Shown: positions 38,589 to 49,325 of the stretch, piece by piece
How the letters are laid out: every line of letters starts with the position of its first letter
Position numbering within the stretch: the stretch's first letter is position 1
IMG/VR virus record: IMGVR_UViG_3300016665_000619
Location: 27,088 to 91,087 of that record
DNA length: 64,000 nucleotides
Strand: one strand, 5' to 3'
From: a virus
The notes under the pieces: model-generated
The model's input: the letters and a program-made list of their open reading frames with translations, nothing else
Databases searched by the model: none
What the model was told of the DNA's origin: nothing
Translations under genes and position numbers: made by a program

Positions 38589-40430
38589 ATGGCTGACGAT
38601 AACAAAAAAAACGCTTTAAAACAAGTAAGACAACGCCGTTATCTTAATAAAGATTTTGATGCGTTACGTAATGATTTATTGGATTATGCCAGAAGTTATT
38701 TTCCAAATAATATAAGAGATTTTTCTGAGGCTAGTTTGGGCGGTTTGTTGCTGGATATGGCAGCATACGTAGGCGACGTTCAAAGCTACTATCTAGATCA
38801 TCAGTTTCATGAAAGCTTTCCGGAATCTTCCGTAGAGCCTAATAATATTGAAAGGCACTTGAGAAAAGCTGGCGTTCCGATAATAGGCGCTGCTCCAGCA
38901 GTTGTATCTGTTACCTTCTATATAAGAGTTCCAACAGATGGAACCAATACAGGAAATCCTGATGTTACTGCACTTCCAATTATAAAAGAAGGAACCGTTG
39001 TAAAATCAACTAGCGGTATAGAGTTTGAATTGACAGAAAATCTAGATTTCGCTGCACGTAGAAGTGACGGCTCATTGCAAGCGTCAGTTACTGTAGGAAC
39101 AGTTAATGCAAACAATATTCCCCAAAATTATATTTTAAGTCTTAATGGAGTTTGTATATCTGGTAAACGAGCAGTCGAGTCATTTAATGTTAGCACATTC
39201 ATTCCATATAGAAATATTACATTAACAAATCCTAATGTTACTGAAGTTATAAAAGTTGTAGATACTCTTGGAAATGAATATTATGAAGTAGAATCGCTAA
39301 CTCAAGATACAGTATATAAGCGAGTTACCAACATAAATTATGACAATAAAATGGTTCCAGAAAATATAGTTCCTATTCCGGCTCCATATCGTTTTATAAA
39401 AAATACTGCATTGCAAACTAGAACTACAACGTTGACATTTGGAGGCGGTTCAGCAAGCACAATTAATGACGACATAATTCCGGACCCAAGTGAATATTCA
39501 TTACCTTTATATGGCAAAAAAACGTTTAGCAGATTTACTATAAATCCAGGCAATTTATTGCAAACCACAACGTTTGGAGTTATTTCTGAAAACACAATTT
39601 TAAACATCACATATCGTTATGGCGGCGGATTAGAGCATAATATCGACCCAGAAACTATTAATGCAATTAGCTCATTAAACATATTCTTCCCACAAAATCC
39701 AAATCCAACAGTTGCTGCATTCGTAAGAAACTCAATTGATGTAACCAATCTAGAAGCAGCATCGGGCGGAGAAGACCCTCCAACTACAAATGAGTTAAAA
39801 AATAAAATACCAGCATTTCAAGGGATGCAGAACAGAATTGTTTCTAAACAAGATTTGCTAGCTAGAGTTTATACATTACCTTCAAATTTTGGACGTGTAT
39901 TCAGAGCAGCAATTGAACCAAACCCAAACAATCCCCTTTCTTCACAGCTTTTTATAATTTGCAGAAATCAAGATAATCAACTTGTAATTGCTCCGGATAC
40001 ACTTAAGAAAAATTTAGCAACGTATCTAAATCAATATCGTCTTATCTCTGATGCTATCGATATTTTAGATGCACGAATAATCAATATAACAGTAAAATTT
40101 ACTGCCGTTATTGACCCAACTCAAAACAGAGAACTCATTTTAAGAAACGTTCTTAATAAACTTAAAGATTACTTCAATATAAAGAATTTTGAAATCGATC
40201 AGCCAATTGTCATAAACGATATACAAAACATAATATTCAACACTGAAGGTGTTGCTTCTATTACCAATCTACAAATTGGGAATGCATATAATGTTATAGA
40301 TGGAAGAATATATTCTGATCAGCAGTTTGATGTTAACGCAAATACTAATCGTGGTATTATATTTGGACCTCCTGGATCCATGTTTGAACTAAAATATGCA
40401 GATTATGACATAATTGGCACAGCCGTTTGA
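38589..40430 (+). CDS. Baseplate wedge protein, T4 gp6/baseplate J-like
   Basis: YLNKDF..LR..L..YA..YFP...DFSEAS.GG..LDMAAYVGD..SYY.D.Q; YRYGGG; AASGGED; QNRIVSKQD. Confidence 0.88.
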   Translation: MADDNKKNALKQVRQRRYLNKDFDALRNDLLDYARSYFPNNIRDFSEASLGGLLLDMAAYVGDVQSYYLDHQFHESFPESSVEPNNIERHLRKAGVPIIGAAPAVVSVTFYIRVPTDGTNTGNPDVTALPIIKEGTVVKSTSGIEFELTENLDFAARRSDGSLQASVTVGTVNANNIPQNYILSLNGVCISGKRAVESFNVSTFIPYRNITLTNPNVTEVIKVVDTLGNEYYEVESLTQDTVYKRVTNINYDNKMVPENIVPIPAPYRFIKNTALQTRTTTLTFGGGSASTINDDIIPDPSEYSLPLYGKKTFSRFTINPGNLLQTTTFGVISENTILNITYRYGGGLEHNIDPETINAISSLNIFFPQNPNPTVAAFVRNSIDVTNLEAASGGEDPPTTNELKNKIPAFQGMQNRIVSKQDLLARVYTLPSNFGRVFRAAIEPNPNNPLSSQLFIICRNQDNQLVIAPDTLKKNLATYLNQYRLISDAIDILDARIINITVKFTAVIDPTQNRELILRNVLNKLKDYFNIKNFEIDQPIVINDIQNIIFNTEGVASITNLQIGNAYNVIDGRIYSDQQFDVNANTNRGIIFGPPGSMFELKYADYDIIGTAV

Positions 40431-40443
40431 TAGGTGATATATT

Positions 40444-42033
40444 ATGTATAGATTATTATCAGCAAGCAAAGACACCTACATAACCAACAAATATATTGCT
40501 GGTCAACGTTGCACTACCTCCAACGTAGGACAAGCTGCTACTTTAGACTTGTTCAAACTATATGATGAAACAACTGTATTAAGCGGCACAACTCCAGTTT
40601 CCGGAGTCATAGAGTTAACAAGATTACTGCTTCAGTTTGATTATGAACCATTACAGCAAATAACGTCTTCATTTTTGAACATTAATGATCCGAGCTTCAA
40701 GGCTTATCTATCTCTAAAAGACGTATACGGCGGTCAAACTACCCCTTCAAACTTTTCTATAAGGCTTATACCGCTTTCACAAAGCTGGGATGAAGGCAGG
40801 GGTTTTGACGTTGTTGCATTTCGTGATTTAGATACAGCAAATTTCCTTACCGCATCTGTTGTAACAGGCACTCCAAATGTTTGGTTCCTATCCGGAGCAG
40901 CAGAGTCTGGTTCTCTTGGGGCTGCTAATATTGATATCATAGTTTCTGGTAATCTTGGAACTGGAGCACAGGATTTAACGGTAACTCAACAGTTTGCTCG
41001 TGGTGATGAAAATCTAATGATGGACGTTACCACCCTTGTTAGTGCAGCGATAGCAGGTCAAATACCAAATTATGGCTGGAGATTGTCTTTTATAGATGCT
41101 CAAGAGCAGGACGACGTTACACGGTTTGTTAAGAGATTTGGTTCACGTCAAGCGAACAATGCAGACCTTCATCCACAACTTATTATCAAATATAATGATC
41201 AGTTAACTGATGACATGGGAGAAACTCTATTCAACGTATCTCAGAGTTTGTTTACGTTTAATCGTATTAATGGCGGCTATCAAAACTACTTCTCTGGAAG
41301 CGCAGAGATTACTGGAGCAAATAGTTTGCTTCTTAATCTATATGGAGCTAAGTATTTAACTTATTACACCTCCAGCTTCTCTCTATCTCATAGCGCAAGC
41401 ATTAATCATTTAACACGTAGCCTTTATTCTATAACCCAGAGTTTTCTTGGTAGTCAGTATCTAATTGGTAGCGTTCCACAAACCGGTATTTACTATGCAA
41501 ATGTTAACTTCAATACTGTTGAGAACACAACCTTGAAAGACTTCCTTACGGGCTCTACATCACAAGAGTTTACCTATGCATGGACCAGCCTTGATGGAAC
41601 TCTTACTTATGCCTCTGGCAAGACCCTCTACAAGCTCCCACAAGGCTCTATAAGCAACGTTGAAGAGAAGAACTGGGTAGTCAACATAACCAACCTTAAA
41701 CAAGAGTATAAAGCCTCTGAACAGGCAAGATTACGCATCTTTGCATTAGATTACAATACAGAGCAGAGCGCAAGTAGATTACCGCTTCAACCAAAGAGTG
41801 TCATATTGGAAAATCTGAAATGGAGATTGATCAACGCATATTCACGTAAGGTTATTGTTCCATTTGACAGTATAGCTACTCTTTGTTCATACGATGCAGA
41901 AGGCATGTATTTCGACCTTTGGATGCAAGACTTTGCAAAGGGAGAGGTCTATGAAATAGAGTTAATGATTACTTATGGTGGTAAGGATTACTTGATTAGT
42001 AATGCTGGATTCCGATTTAAGGTGATGCCATAA
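40444..42033 (+). CDS. Baseplate/tail-associated structural protein
   Basis: ASKDTYI, SQSWDEGRG, P.L.IKYND motifs; position within the baseplate module. Confidence 0.6.
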   Translation: MYRLLSASKDTYITNKYIAGQRCTTSNVGQAATLDLFKLYDETTVLSGTTPVSGVIELTRLLLQFDYEPLQQITSSFLNINDPSFKAYLSLKDVYGGQTTPSNFSIRLIPLSQSWDEGRGFDVVAFRDLDTANFLTASVVTGTPNVWFLSGAAESGSLGAANIDIIVSGNLGTGAQDLTVTQQFARGDENLMMDVTTLVSAAIAGQIPNYGWRLSFIDAQEQDDVTRFVKRFGSRQANNADLHPQLIIKYNDQLTDDMGETLFNVSQSLFTFNRINGGYQNYFSGSAEITGANSLLLNLYGAKYLTYYTSSFSLSHSASINHLTRSLYSITQSFLGSQYLIGSVPQTGIYYANVNFNTVENTTLKDFLTGSTSQEFTYAWTSLDGTLTYASGKTLYKLPQGSISNVEEKNWVVNITNLKQEYKASEQARLRIFALDYNTEQSASRLPLQPKSVILENLKWRLINAYSRKVIVPFDSIATLCSYDAEGMYFDLWMQDFAKGEVYEIELMITYGGKDYLISNAGFRFKVMP

Positions 42034-45000
42034 TGCCTATCAATAATACAAAAAATTTACAAAGAAATTCTCCGGCACTTTTTAAACCAATTATAGTTCG
42101 TGGCATTCAAGATCAAGGAGATGAAACTGTAAGTTTTAATTTATATCAAGCAAACGTTATCACAGATACTAGTATCGATAACACTTCTTCGTTTCGTTAT
42201 AATCCGCCAGAAACAGGTTTGCGTTCTTCACAACAATTAAACGTTGATTGGTCTGATTTATCAAATCATACTTTCTTTAACTCTGCACAGGTTAAGGTAA
42301 ATGTAGCTTTTGATAAAATTCAAAACAATTTCCCATTCGATGGAACTCAAAAAGAAACTGAAATTTATCTAGATAAACTAACCGGTTATGAAAAATACAT
42401 ATATGACAATTATCCAAAAAATAAAGGTTATTTGTATTTCTCAGGCACAGTAGCGCCATCTTCTGTAGCTTACGGAACATATGTAACTGTCGTCGATCAA
42501 GCGGGTGCCGCTTATACAAGCCTGTCTAAAAATACCGATGGTAGAAACATTATAAATCCAAAACTTAATCCAATGACCATAGAATATTGGTTATATGTTC
42601 CAAATCAGTCAAACAGCAATCAAGTTATATTGGACAAACATAGCGGTTCATTTGGATTTTTATCTGGGTTAAACTCGTCTATTTCAACAACAACTGCAAC
42701 TAACAGTTTTTATATATCTTCTGGTTCCGCATATGAACAACTTAGCATTTCATTTCCAAAGGGAGAATGGAATCACATTGCATGGGTATGGGACAGAACT
42801 CCAGGATACTATGGACTTTCTGCATATCTTAATGGCGAATATTATAGTTCCAGTTCTATGGCAGTAGAATTTGGGACAATTGATATTCCTAGTAATCTAT
42901 ACATTGGTTCTGGTAGTGCCTTATCGACCGTAGGATTCGTTCCAACAAATACGCTGTCCGGAGCTTTGGATGAATTGCGTATTTGGCATAGTGTTCGTTC
43001 TAAAGAAGAGATATATAACAATTATCAAAAATCAATATTTGCAGAACCGAAGCTTAAACTATATTATAAATTCAATGAACCATCCGGCAGCAATTCCACA
43101 ATTGTTATTGACGCTTCTTCTAACAGTTTGCATGGCAACTTAAGTGGAGATAGAAGTAGTTTTGTAAGACAAGTTGCAACTTCATCGATTGCTGGACCAG
43201 ATCCTGTCATATATGAACAGTTAGAACTTTGCCCTATATTGTTTGGAAATCAAGTTCAAGTATATAACTATAGAACTTCACTATACACAAGTGCTAGCAT
43301 ATATGACAATGAAAACCCAAATATAATAACCAAATTAGTTCCAAGACATTATTTCCTAGAAGGTCAGGTTGAGAATGCTTTGGAAACTGAAGAGGGAGAT
43401 ATAGTTGATAGCTTGACTTCCGGCACAGATCCACGTTCTACTGAATTAGGCGACACCCAAGTATTTCTATTATTTCTCTATACATGGGCAAAGTTTTTTG
43501 ATGAAATAAAGCTTTATACTCAGTCTTTTGTCGATAATCAATTTGTAGATTATAATAATATCGACACAGTTCCAGATCAGTTTCTACAGCAACTAGCAAG
43601 AAATCAAGGAATTGAACTTCCTCCAATGTTCACTGGAGCATCCGTCGCTCAATTTATAAATTCTCAAAACATACAAGATACGCCCGGCGTAAATCAATTT
43701 TCTCTACAATATATTCAAAACCAGATATGGAGAAGGATATTGATTAATTTGAGAGAAATTGTAACTTCAAAAGGCACAGTACATGCTGTAAAAACTTTCA
43801 TTAGGGCAACTGGAATAGACCCTGATCAAAATTTCCGTATACGAGAATATGGCGGTCCAACAAAACAAAATCTAGGTTTTGTAAGAGATAATCGTCATGA
43901 AATAGCAAGTGTTTTAAATTTTGTTTCTGGTGGTCGTATAACTAGTCCATATCTTTCTGGTTCTAGAACAGAGCCAGGATTTCCATATATTGCTGGAACC
44001 GCTTCTGATGGTCTTTACACTTCCGGATCATGGACTTATGAAGCCACATATAAATTTCCAAACAATACCACATATGATCGTAATCAAAGTTTGATAAGGT
44101 TTGTAACTACCGGTTCAAGTTTACCAAACAGTGGAGGATTAATAGCAAATCTAATAGCTTATTCTGGAAGCATTAGTTTTGCATCTACTACAACTAGCTC
44201 ATTAACTCTTTTCGTAAGATCAAATGACGACATATCGTCTCCGTATTTGACTTTGTATATGTCTGGAGTAAATCTATTTGATGGAGATAAATGGTATGTT
44301 TCATTTGGAAAACAGAGAAATGATGATGGGTTGAACTCCACCATTTCTAGCTCTTATTTCTTGAGAGTTGCTAAAAACGTTTATGGTGAAATATTTGAAA
44401 ATTATGTAACCAGTTCGTGGTTCAATGATTATCAAGGAGCCGGTAATAACGTATGGAACTCTTTGTCTTCTACAACAAATGCTAGCGGCTCTTATTTTAT
44501 AATAGGTTCAAGTTCTGTAGATTCAAGTATAAATAAATTTTTAAATCATTCTTCTGTAGTTCCTTCAATAGCCAGAGAAACTGGATTTAAAGGCACCGTA
44601 TCTCAAATAAGATTCTGGAGCAAAAATATATCTGAGGAAGAATATCCGGAACACGTTCGTAACTTTAAATCATTAGGCGTTCAAGATCCTCTTACAAACT
44701 TTAATTTCGTTACTTATAAAAGTAGTTCTTGGGAACGTTTACGTATTGATGCAAATACAGATCAAATTGTTACTCAATCGAACAATAGCGGTCAAATAAC
44801 AATATTTGACTTTTCTCAAAATAACTTACATTTGTCAGGCAATTTATTTCCAACTGGAAGTCAAATTATTAATCCTGAAAGATATTATTACAGCTTTATT
44901 TCTCCAAAATTTGATGAAGCTAGCACGACAAACAAAGTTCGCATACGTTCATTTGAACAATATGAAAACGTTCAAAATACACCTTGGGCACAAGTTGCTC

Positions 45001-45464
45001 CGGTATATGAAATACCAAGAAATGAGCAACCGACTGATAGCACGAAATTTACAATAGATTTCAGCGTTGTAGAAGCATTAAATCAAGATATAATTAATAT
45101 TTTTGCGACTTTGGACGAATTAGATAATGTATTAGGAGCTCCCGAACTAGTATTCTCTCCGGACTATCCTGGTCTTGAAAACTTGAGAAACGTTTATTTC
45201 AATAGATTAACTGACAAAATAAATCTCAAACAATTCTTCGAATTTTATAAATGGTTCGATACGAACATTGGAACGTTTGTATCTCAATTAATTCCTAAGA
45301 AGACAAAATATTTTGGAACAAATTTTGTAATTGAAAGCCATATGCTCGAACGTCCAAAGTTTGAATATTTGTTCAGCGAATTATATCTTGGAGACAGTAA
45401 TCGAACCGGGCTTAGAGATAGAATATTTCTGCAAATGTTTTTGGCAACTTTTGCCAAATATTAA
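42033..45464 (+). CDS. Large baseplate wedge-like protein with LamG domains
   Basis: WNHIAWV, GALDELRIW, LYYKFNE; QIWRRILINL..I..SKGT..AV (gp7/gpI-like wedge motif); IESHMLERPK. Confidence 0.7.
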   Translation: MPINNTKNLQRNSPALFKPIIVRGIQDQGDETVSFNLYQANVITDTSIDNTSSFRYNPPETGLRSSQQLNVDWSDLSNHTFFNSAQVKVNVAFDKIQNNFPFDGTQKETEIYLDKLTGYEKYIYDNYPKNKGYLYFSGTVAPSSVAYGTYVTVVDQAGAAYTSLSKNTDGRNIINPKLNPMTIEYWLYVPNQSNSNQVILDKHSGSFGFLSGLNSSISTTTATNSFYISSGSAYEQLSISFPKGEWNHIAWVWDRTPGYYGLSAYLNGEYYSSSSMAVEFGTIDIPSNLYIGSGSALSTVGFVPTNTLSGALDELRIWHSVRSKEEIYNNYQKSIFAEPKLKLYYKFNEPSGSNSTIVIDASSNSLHGNLSGDRSSFVRQVATSSIAGPDPVIYEQLELCPILFGNQVQVYNYRTSLYTSASIYDNENPNIITKLVPRHYFLEGQVENALETEEGDIVDSLTSGTDPRSTELGDTQVFLLFLYTWAKFFDEIKLYTQSFVDNQFVDYNNIDTVPDQFLQQLARNQGIELPPMFTGASVAQFINSQNIQDTPGVNQFSLQYIQNQIWRRILINLREIVTSKGTVHAVKTFIRATGIDPDQNFRIREYGGPTKQNLGFVRDNRHEIASVLNFVSGGRITSPYLSGSRTEPGFPYIAGTASDGLYTSGSWTYEATYKFPNNTTYDRNQSLIRFVTTGSSLPNSGGLIANLIAYSGSISFASTTTSSLTLFVRSNDDISSPYLTLYMSGVNLFDGDKWYVSFGKQRNDDGLNSTISSSYFLRVAKNVYGEIFENYVTSSWFNDYQGAGNNVWNSLSSTTNASGSYFIIGSSSVDSSINKFLNHSSVVPSIARETGFKGTVSQIRFWSKNISEEEYPEHVRNFKSLGVQDPLTNFNFVTYKSSSWERLRIDANTDQIVTQSNNSGQITIFDFSQNNLHLSGNLFPTGSQIINPERYYYSFISPKFDEASTTNKVRIRSFEQYENVQNTPWAQVAPVYEIPRNEQPTDSTKFTIDFSVVEALNQDIINIFATLDELDNVLGAPELVFSPDYPGLENLRNVYFNRLTDKINLKQFFEFYKWFDTNIGTFVSQLIPKKTKYFGTNFVIESHMLERPKFEYLFSELYLGDSNRTGLRDRIFLQMFLATFAKY

Positions 45465-45506
45465 AAAAACGTTTTGCAATATATCTATACTATAATCAGG
45501 TGACAT

Positions 45507-46451
45507 ATGTCTTTTAATGAAACGCAAGGATTAAGTGGTACTGAATTTTTTCCATATGATGATACCACAATAATTTCACCGGCTGAACTTCGAATAGGTT
45601 CAATGCCGGAAGATGTTATATCCATATATATGCAATCTGGTTCTGGCATGGACACATCTGCTTATGATAAGCTGAGACAAGGCGTAGAACTTAGAAGAGC
45701 AAATCATGTTTACGGAACAACTCAACCAAAACTGTGGGCTGGAAACTTATTACATCGTCCATTAGAATTTATTCCATATGGTGAAGCTAGAACTTGGACA
45801 GAATACGAAAACACAACCGAATATTACGATAACACAATTCCATTTGATCCTGTTTATTATATAAATTCTCAGCAAAATGGGATTATTACATATCCATTTC
45901 CAATCTACTTTAATGATGGACCTCAACAGGGTCAAGAAGCCATAATAGAGCCCCTTACAATTCCATTTAGAGCCAATACCTCATATATTGAAGGAGCATA
46001 TCCAGTTCATCGTCCAAAAGGAAATTTGGAAGATGGTAATCCTACCCAGGACATTCCTCAGTCAAACAATAGAGTGTTACAGTTTATAGAATACAATACT
46101 CCATTAACTCCAAATCCATTCCTTGATGCAGGTCAACAATATATTGGTGATGGTCCAATTCAAGATGATATTATAATTGAAGGTTATGTTGACTTCAATT
46201 TGAGACTTGGCGATCCTTTCGATGATACGGAAACATCGGAAATAGTGGATCAACTTTTGATTACTACATCTTCATTAAATGGTCTTGATTTCATACAACA
46301 ACTTAAGCTTCTTCACATCAATTTAGACGATGATATTAGAGAAACTTATACTCAAAAATCAGCAACAGCAGGTTATACTGTATACGGACCAGAACAAGGG
46401 CGTTATGGAACTGATAGCGTTACGTTTTCTGGATGGAGCAGAGGCTCATGA
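45507..46451 (+). CDS. Hypothetical structural protein
   Basis: 314 aa; AGGTG SD; C-terminal KSATAGY...GTDSV.F.G. Confidence 0.55.
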   Translation: MSFNETQGLSGTEFFPYDDTTIISPAELRIGSMPEDVISIYMQSGSGMDTSAYDKLRQGVELRRANHVYGTTQPKLWAGNLLHRPLEFIPYGEARTWTEYENTTEYYDNTIPFDPVYYINSQQNGIITYPFPIYFNDGPQQGQEAIIEPLTIPFRANTSYIEGAYPVHRPKGNLEDGNPTQDIPQSNNRVLQFIEYNTPLTPNPFLDAGQQYIGDGPIQDDIIIEGYVDFNLRLGDPFDDTETSEIVDQLLITTSSLNGLDFIQQLKLLHINLDDDIRETYTQKSATAGYTVYGPEQGRYGTDSVTFSGWSRGS

Positions 46452-49324
46452 GCAGACAAGAAAAAAAGACAAGAATAAGAGTAGTTCCGCCAAAGCTTCA
46501 GCTTCGTGGTCAAGACGCTCTTACAGGCTCTTATCCAACTAATGTAAGATTTTCTTTAGACGGTAGAACTGGAAATTATAAGATTGGTTACAATGACATT
46601 CAGACTGTAGTTTTCGGTTCACGTTCTAATGGAACATCATGGCAAGATAACATGATTGGATATTGGACCATGCAAAGATTAGGTCCGACTTCAAATGCAA
46701 CAGGAAGCGTTACATTTGAATCAGAAATATCTGCTCGTTCCGGAATTAATGTGTATCCATACATGGATTACAACTTTGTTCCAGATAGCAAATTTCTTTA
46801 TTTTGGCGTTTCCGAATCGTATGCACACGAAGGAAAAGCATATAATGTTAATTTAAACGAAGCAAATCCTACCAATGGCATAGAATATCCAACTATAATT
46901 CCAAATAAATCATATGATTTTAAGCCAAATTATAGTGCATATGGAGTTTTAGAAGGCGATCCTATGATTGCTATAAATTCCACATATCCATTGCTTGCTC
47001 AAAATTTAGATTCGAATAAAAATTTATTTGCATTTACAGGATCTTTTGGTTCCGTATATCCAAAATGCACGTATCAACCTTTTACAATTGCAGGGTGGTT
47101 CTATTACAACAATACCGCAAATAACGCATCAAATGCTAATATATTAGTAGCTGGTCCATGTAGAAAAGAGCCGTGGAATATAGAAAATGTAGATTATTAT
47201 GCTGCGGCAGTAGAAGATGGATCTGGCGGACTAAGCTTTCAAGTTGCTTTTATAAGCTCAAGCTATTCAACAAAATCTATGCAACTTGATACAAACTCAA
47301 TTTCTAACTTGGTTGGAAAATGGTTTCATTTTGCTTTTACATATGATGGTGCCACCTCCACTTCTGATGTTGTGGCCGACGACAACACGATTAAAGTATA
47401 TGTTGATGGAAATAGAGTAGCCCCACTAAATTTCTCAGATAATGGAACCGGCTTTTCTGGTTACAACACTAATGATCCAATATATTATGGAATATCAAGC
47501 ACGTATCTAGCTTGTTTAAATTCTGATGTAACAGGTTCTATTGCTGAAATGGCTTTATTTAACCGAGTCTTAACTCAGCAAGAAATTGTAGAACTATATG
47601 CTTGCCAAGTTCCATGGAACAAAAAGCGACGTATAATAGCAGGGACTTCTATAGACCTCGATAATGATCCATATCCGGTAGATGCTGAAGAATATATGAC
47701 CACATTCAATAGAGATGGCATGTTAGTTACCGGCTCTATTGTTAAAGGAGTTGGAGATAATCCACAATGGGTTCATTTCTCCCCAGGTCAAGAAATGCAG
47801 CCGTTCCACGATGAAAAACAATTTGCTGCTGATGCCAAAGGATTGACTATTGAAAATCCATTCTTTGCTACTGGCAGTGCAGAGACATTAGTTGGAGAAG
47901 GATTTAGTTCTCCACTTTGGAGTAAAAATAAAATAGTAATTCCATTACCAGTTGTTTCAGCTTCTTCAATAGGTCCAGTAAAGGGAAAGTTTAGTTCTTC
48001 TCCAAGTGCTTTTGAGAACACTTACAATTCTCCAATGGGCTATTACAATTTTGATAGGAAGGTCTGGGAGCCTATTGGAGTTGGTTTAAATTTTAACACC
48101 TCAACTTTAAGAAATGCAATAGAATATATTCCAATTGGATTTTTCAATGGGCTTCTTTTTATCGAAAATGCCGCACCTCTTGCAAATCTACATAATATGG
48201 GATATTGTGGTAGCGATTTTGGATTTCCATATCATCCAAAATATCATGCGACCGGTTCTCAGACGTTAGATATGTCTCAATATATAACAGAACCATTCTT
48301 GTTTGAAAAGGCTGTTATAACTTTAGGCGAAGTTTCATGGGAAATTGGTTCAATTAATTTATCAAATGTTACAAATAATATCACAGGCTCTATAAATACT
48401 TTCTTTATATTGAATCAAAGAAGAAATCAAAGTTTCTCATATTCAAAAGGAATCGTCGCAAAAGAATATGGAGAATCGTCTTTTAGCGAAAAAACATTAA
48501 ATACAACGTTGCCATGCTCAATACCTTTGTCAAAAGATCAATATGATTCCTCGGAAGTTACATATGTTGATACAATAAGAGATATTCTTGGATTTTCTCA
48601 AATTTATTCCTTTGCCAGTGGATCATTAAATAACTTATATTACCAAGATGAAGATCCATTATATGGACTAACCGAAAAAACAAGTTCATTAGCACAAATA
48701 ATTCCGGTTACTTCAAATGATATCGTCTTAGAAAGTCAGACCAGTAACGTTAGTGGTGCAAACTGGAACGTATCTAACATGAGTTTGTCCATGAGCTTAT
48801 GTGTGCCTTCTTTTGGAAGTTTGCCTCCTAAAAACATAACAGGACTAAATAGAATAACGACAAGATATAACGGAACATCTGCAACAACTGATGCCGCCTT
48901 TGTTGGGTTTGATGGCTCAAGAACCGGTTTAAACTTTACACAGTTGTCCTCTCAAGGACTTAATAATGATTTATTTGCTGGGACCAATGATGAACCAGCA
49001 TATACTGCTTATTCCAAAACTGTTGCTCCAAATGCGACGTTTAACTTTACAAACGAAAAGCATAAAATTAATCCATATATAATATATCCAACAGATCGTC
49101 TGATAATAGGTTGTCAAGCTCCTGTAAGCATTAATCCTGTTACTTATACAACGGCGTATGGATCGAGTCCGGTTGCAGAATCTGTTTTGACATTTAATCC
49201 AGACACAAATGAAAATCGTTATCAAATTACCATATATGGTAGCTATATAAAACAAAATAAAGAATATAACGATGGAACGAATCAGCTTTTATCATCAGAA
49301 ACCATCCACGAGGTCATAGAATAA
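46448..49324 (+). CDS. LamG-domain structural protein
   Basis: FTIAGW, KWFHFAFTYDG, VYVDG, IAEMALFNRVLT.QEI.LY; ATGA overlap at 46448. Confidence 0.7.
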   Translation: MSRQEKKTRIRVVPPKLQLRGQDALTGSYPTNVRFSLDGRTGNYKIGYNDIQTVVFGSRSNGTSWQDNMIGYWTMQRLGPTSNATGSVTFESEISARSGINVYPYMDYNFVPDSKFLYFGVSESYAHEGKAYNVNLNEANPTNGIEYPTIIPNKSYDFKPNYSAYGVLEGDPMIAINSTYPLLAQNLDSNKNLFAFTGSFGSVYPKCTYQPFTIAGWFYYNNTANNASNANILVAGPCRKEPWNIENVDYYAAAVEDGSGGLSFQVAFISSSYSTKSMQLDTNSISNLVGKWFHFAFTYDGATSTSDVVADDNTIKVYVDGNRVAPLNFSDNGTGFSGYNTNDPIYYGISSTYLACLNSDVTGSIAEMALFNRVLTQQEIVELYACQVPWNKKRRIIAGTSIDLDNDPYPVDAEEYMTTFNRDGMLVTGSIVKGVGDNPQWVHFSPGQEMQPFHDEKQFAADAKGLTIENPFFATGSAETLVGEGFSSPLWSKNKIVIPLPVVSASSIGPVKGKFSSSPSAFENTYNSPMGYYNFDRKVWEPIGVGLNFNTSTLRNAIEYIPIGFFNGLLFIENAAPLANLHNMGYCGSDFGFPYHPKYHATGSQTLDMSQYITEPFLFEKAVITLGEVSWEIGSINLSNVTNNITGSINTFFILNQRRNQSFSYSKGIVAKEYGESSFSEKTLNTTLPCSIPLSKDQYDSSEVTYVDTIRDILGFSQIYSFASGSLNNLYYQDEDPLYGLTEKTSSLAQIIPVTSNDIVLESQTSNVSGANWNVSNMSLSMSLCVPSFGSLPPKNITGLNRITTRYNGTSATTDAAFVGFDGSRTGLNFTQLSSQGLNNDLFAGTNDEPAYTAYSKTVAPNATFNFTNEKHKINPYIIYPTDRLIIGCQAPVSINPVTYTTAYGSSPVAESVLTFNPDTNENRYQITIYGSYIKQNKEYNDGTNQLLSSETIHEVIE

Positions 49325-49325
49325 T

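Noticed and set aside
36112-45464. Extracellular contractile injection system or T6SS instead of a phage
   Set aside because: Context includes a phage late sigma factor, primase and nuclease; no T6SS membrane complex or eCIS ATPase was seen.
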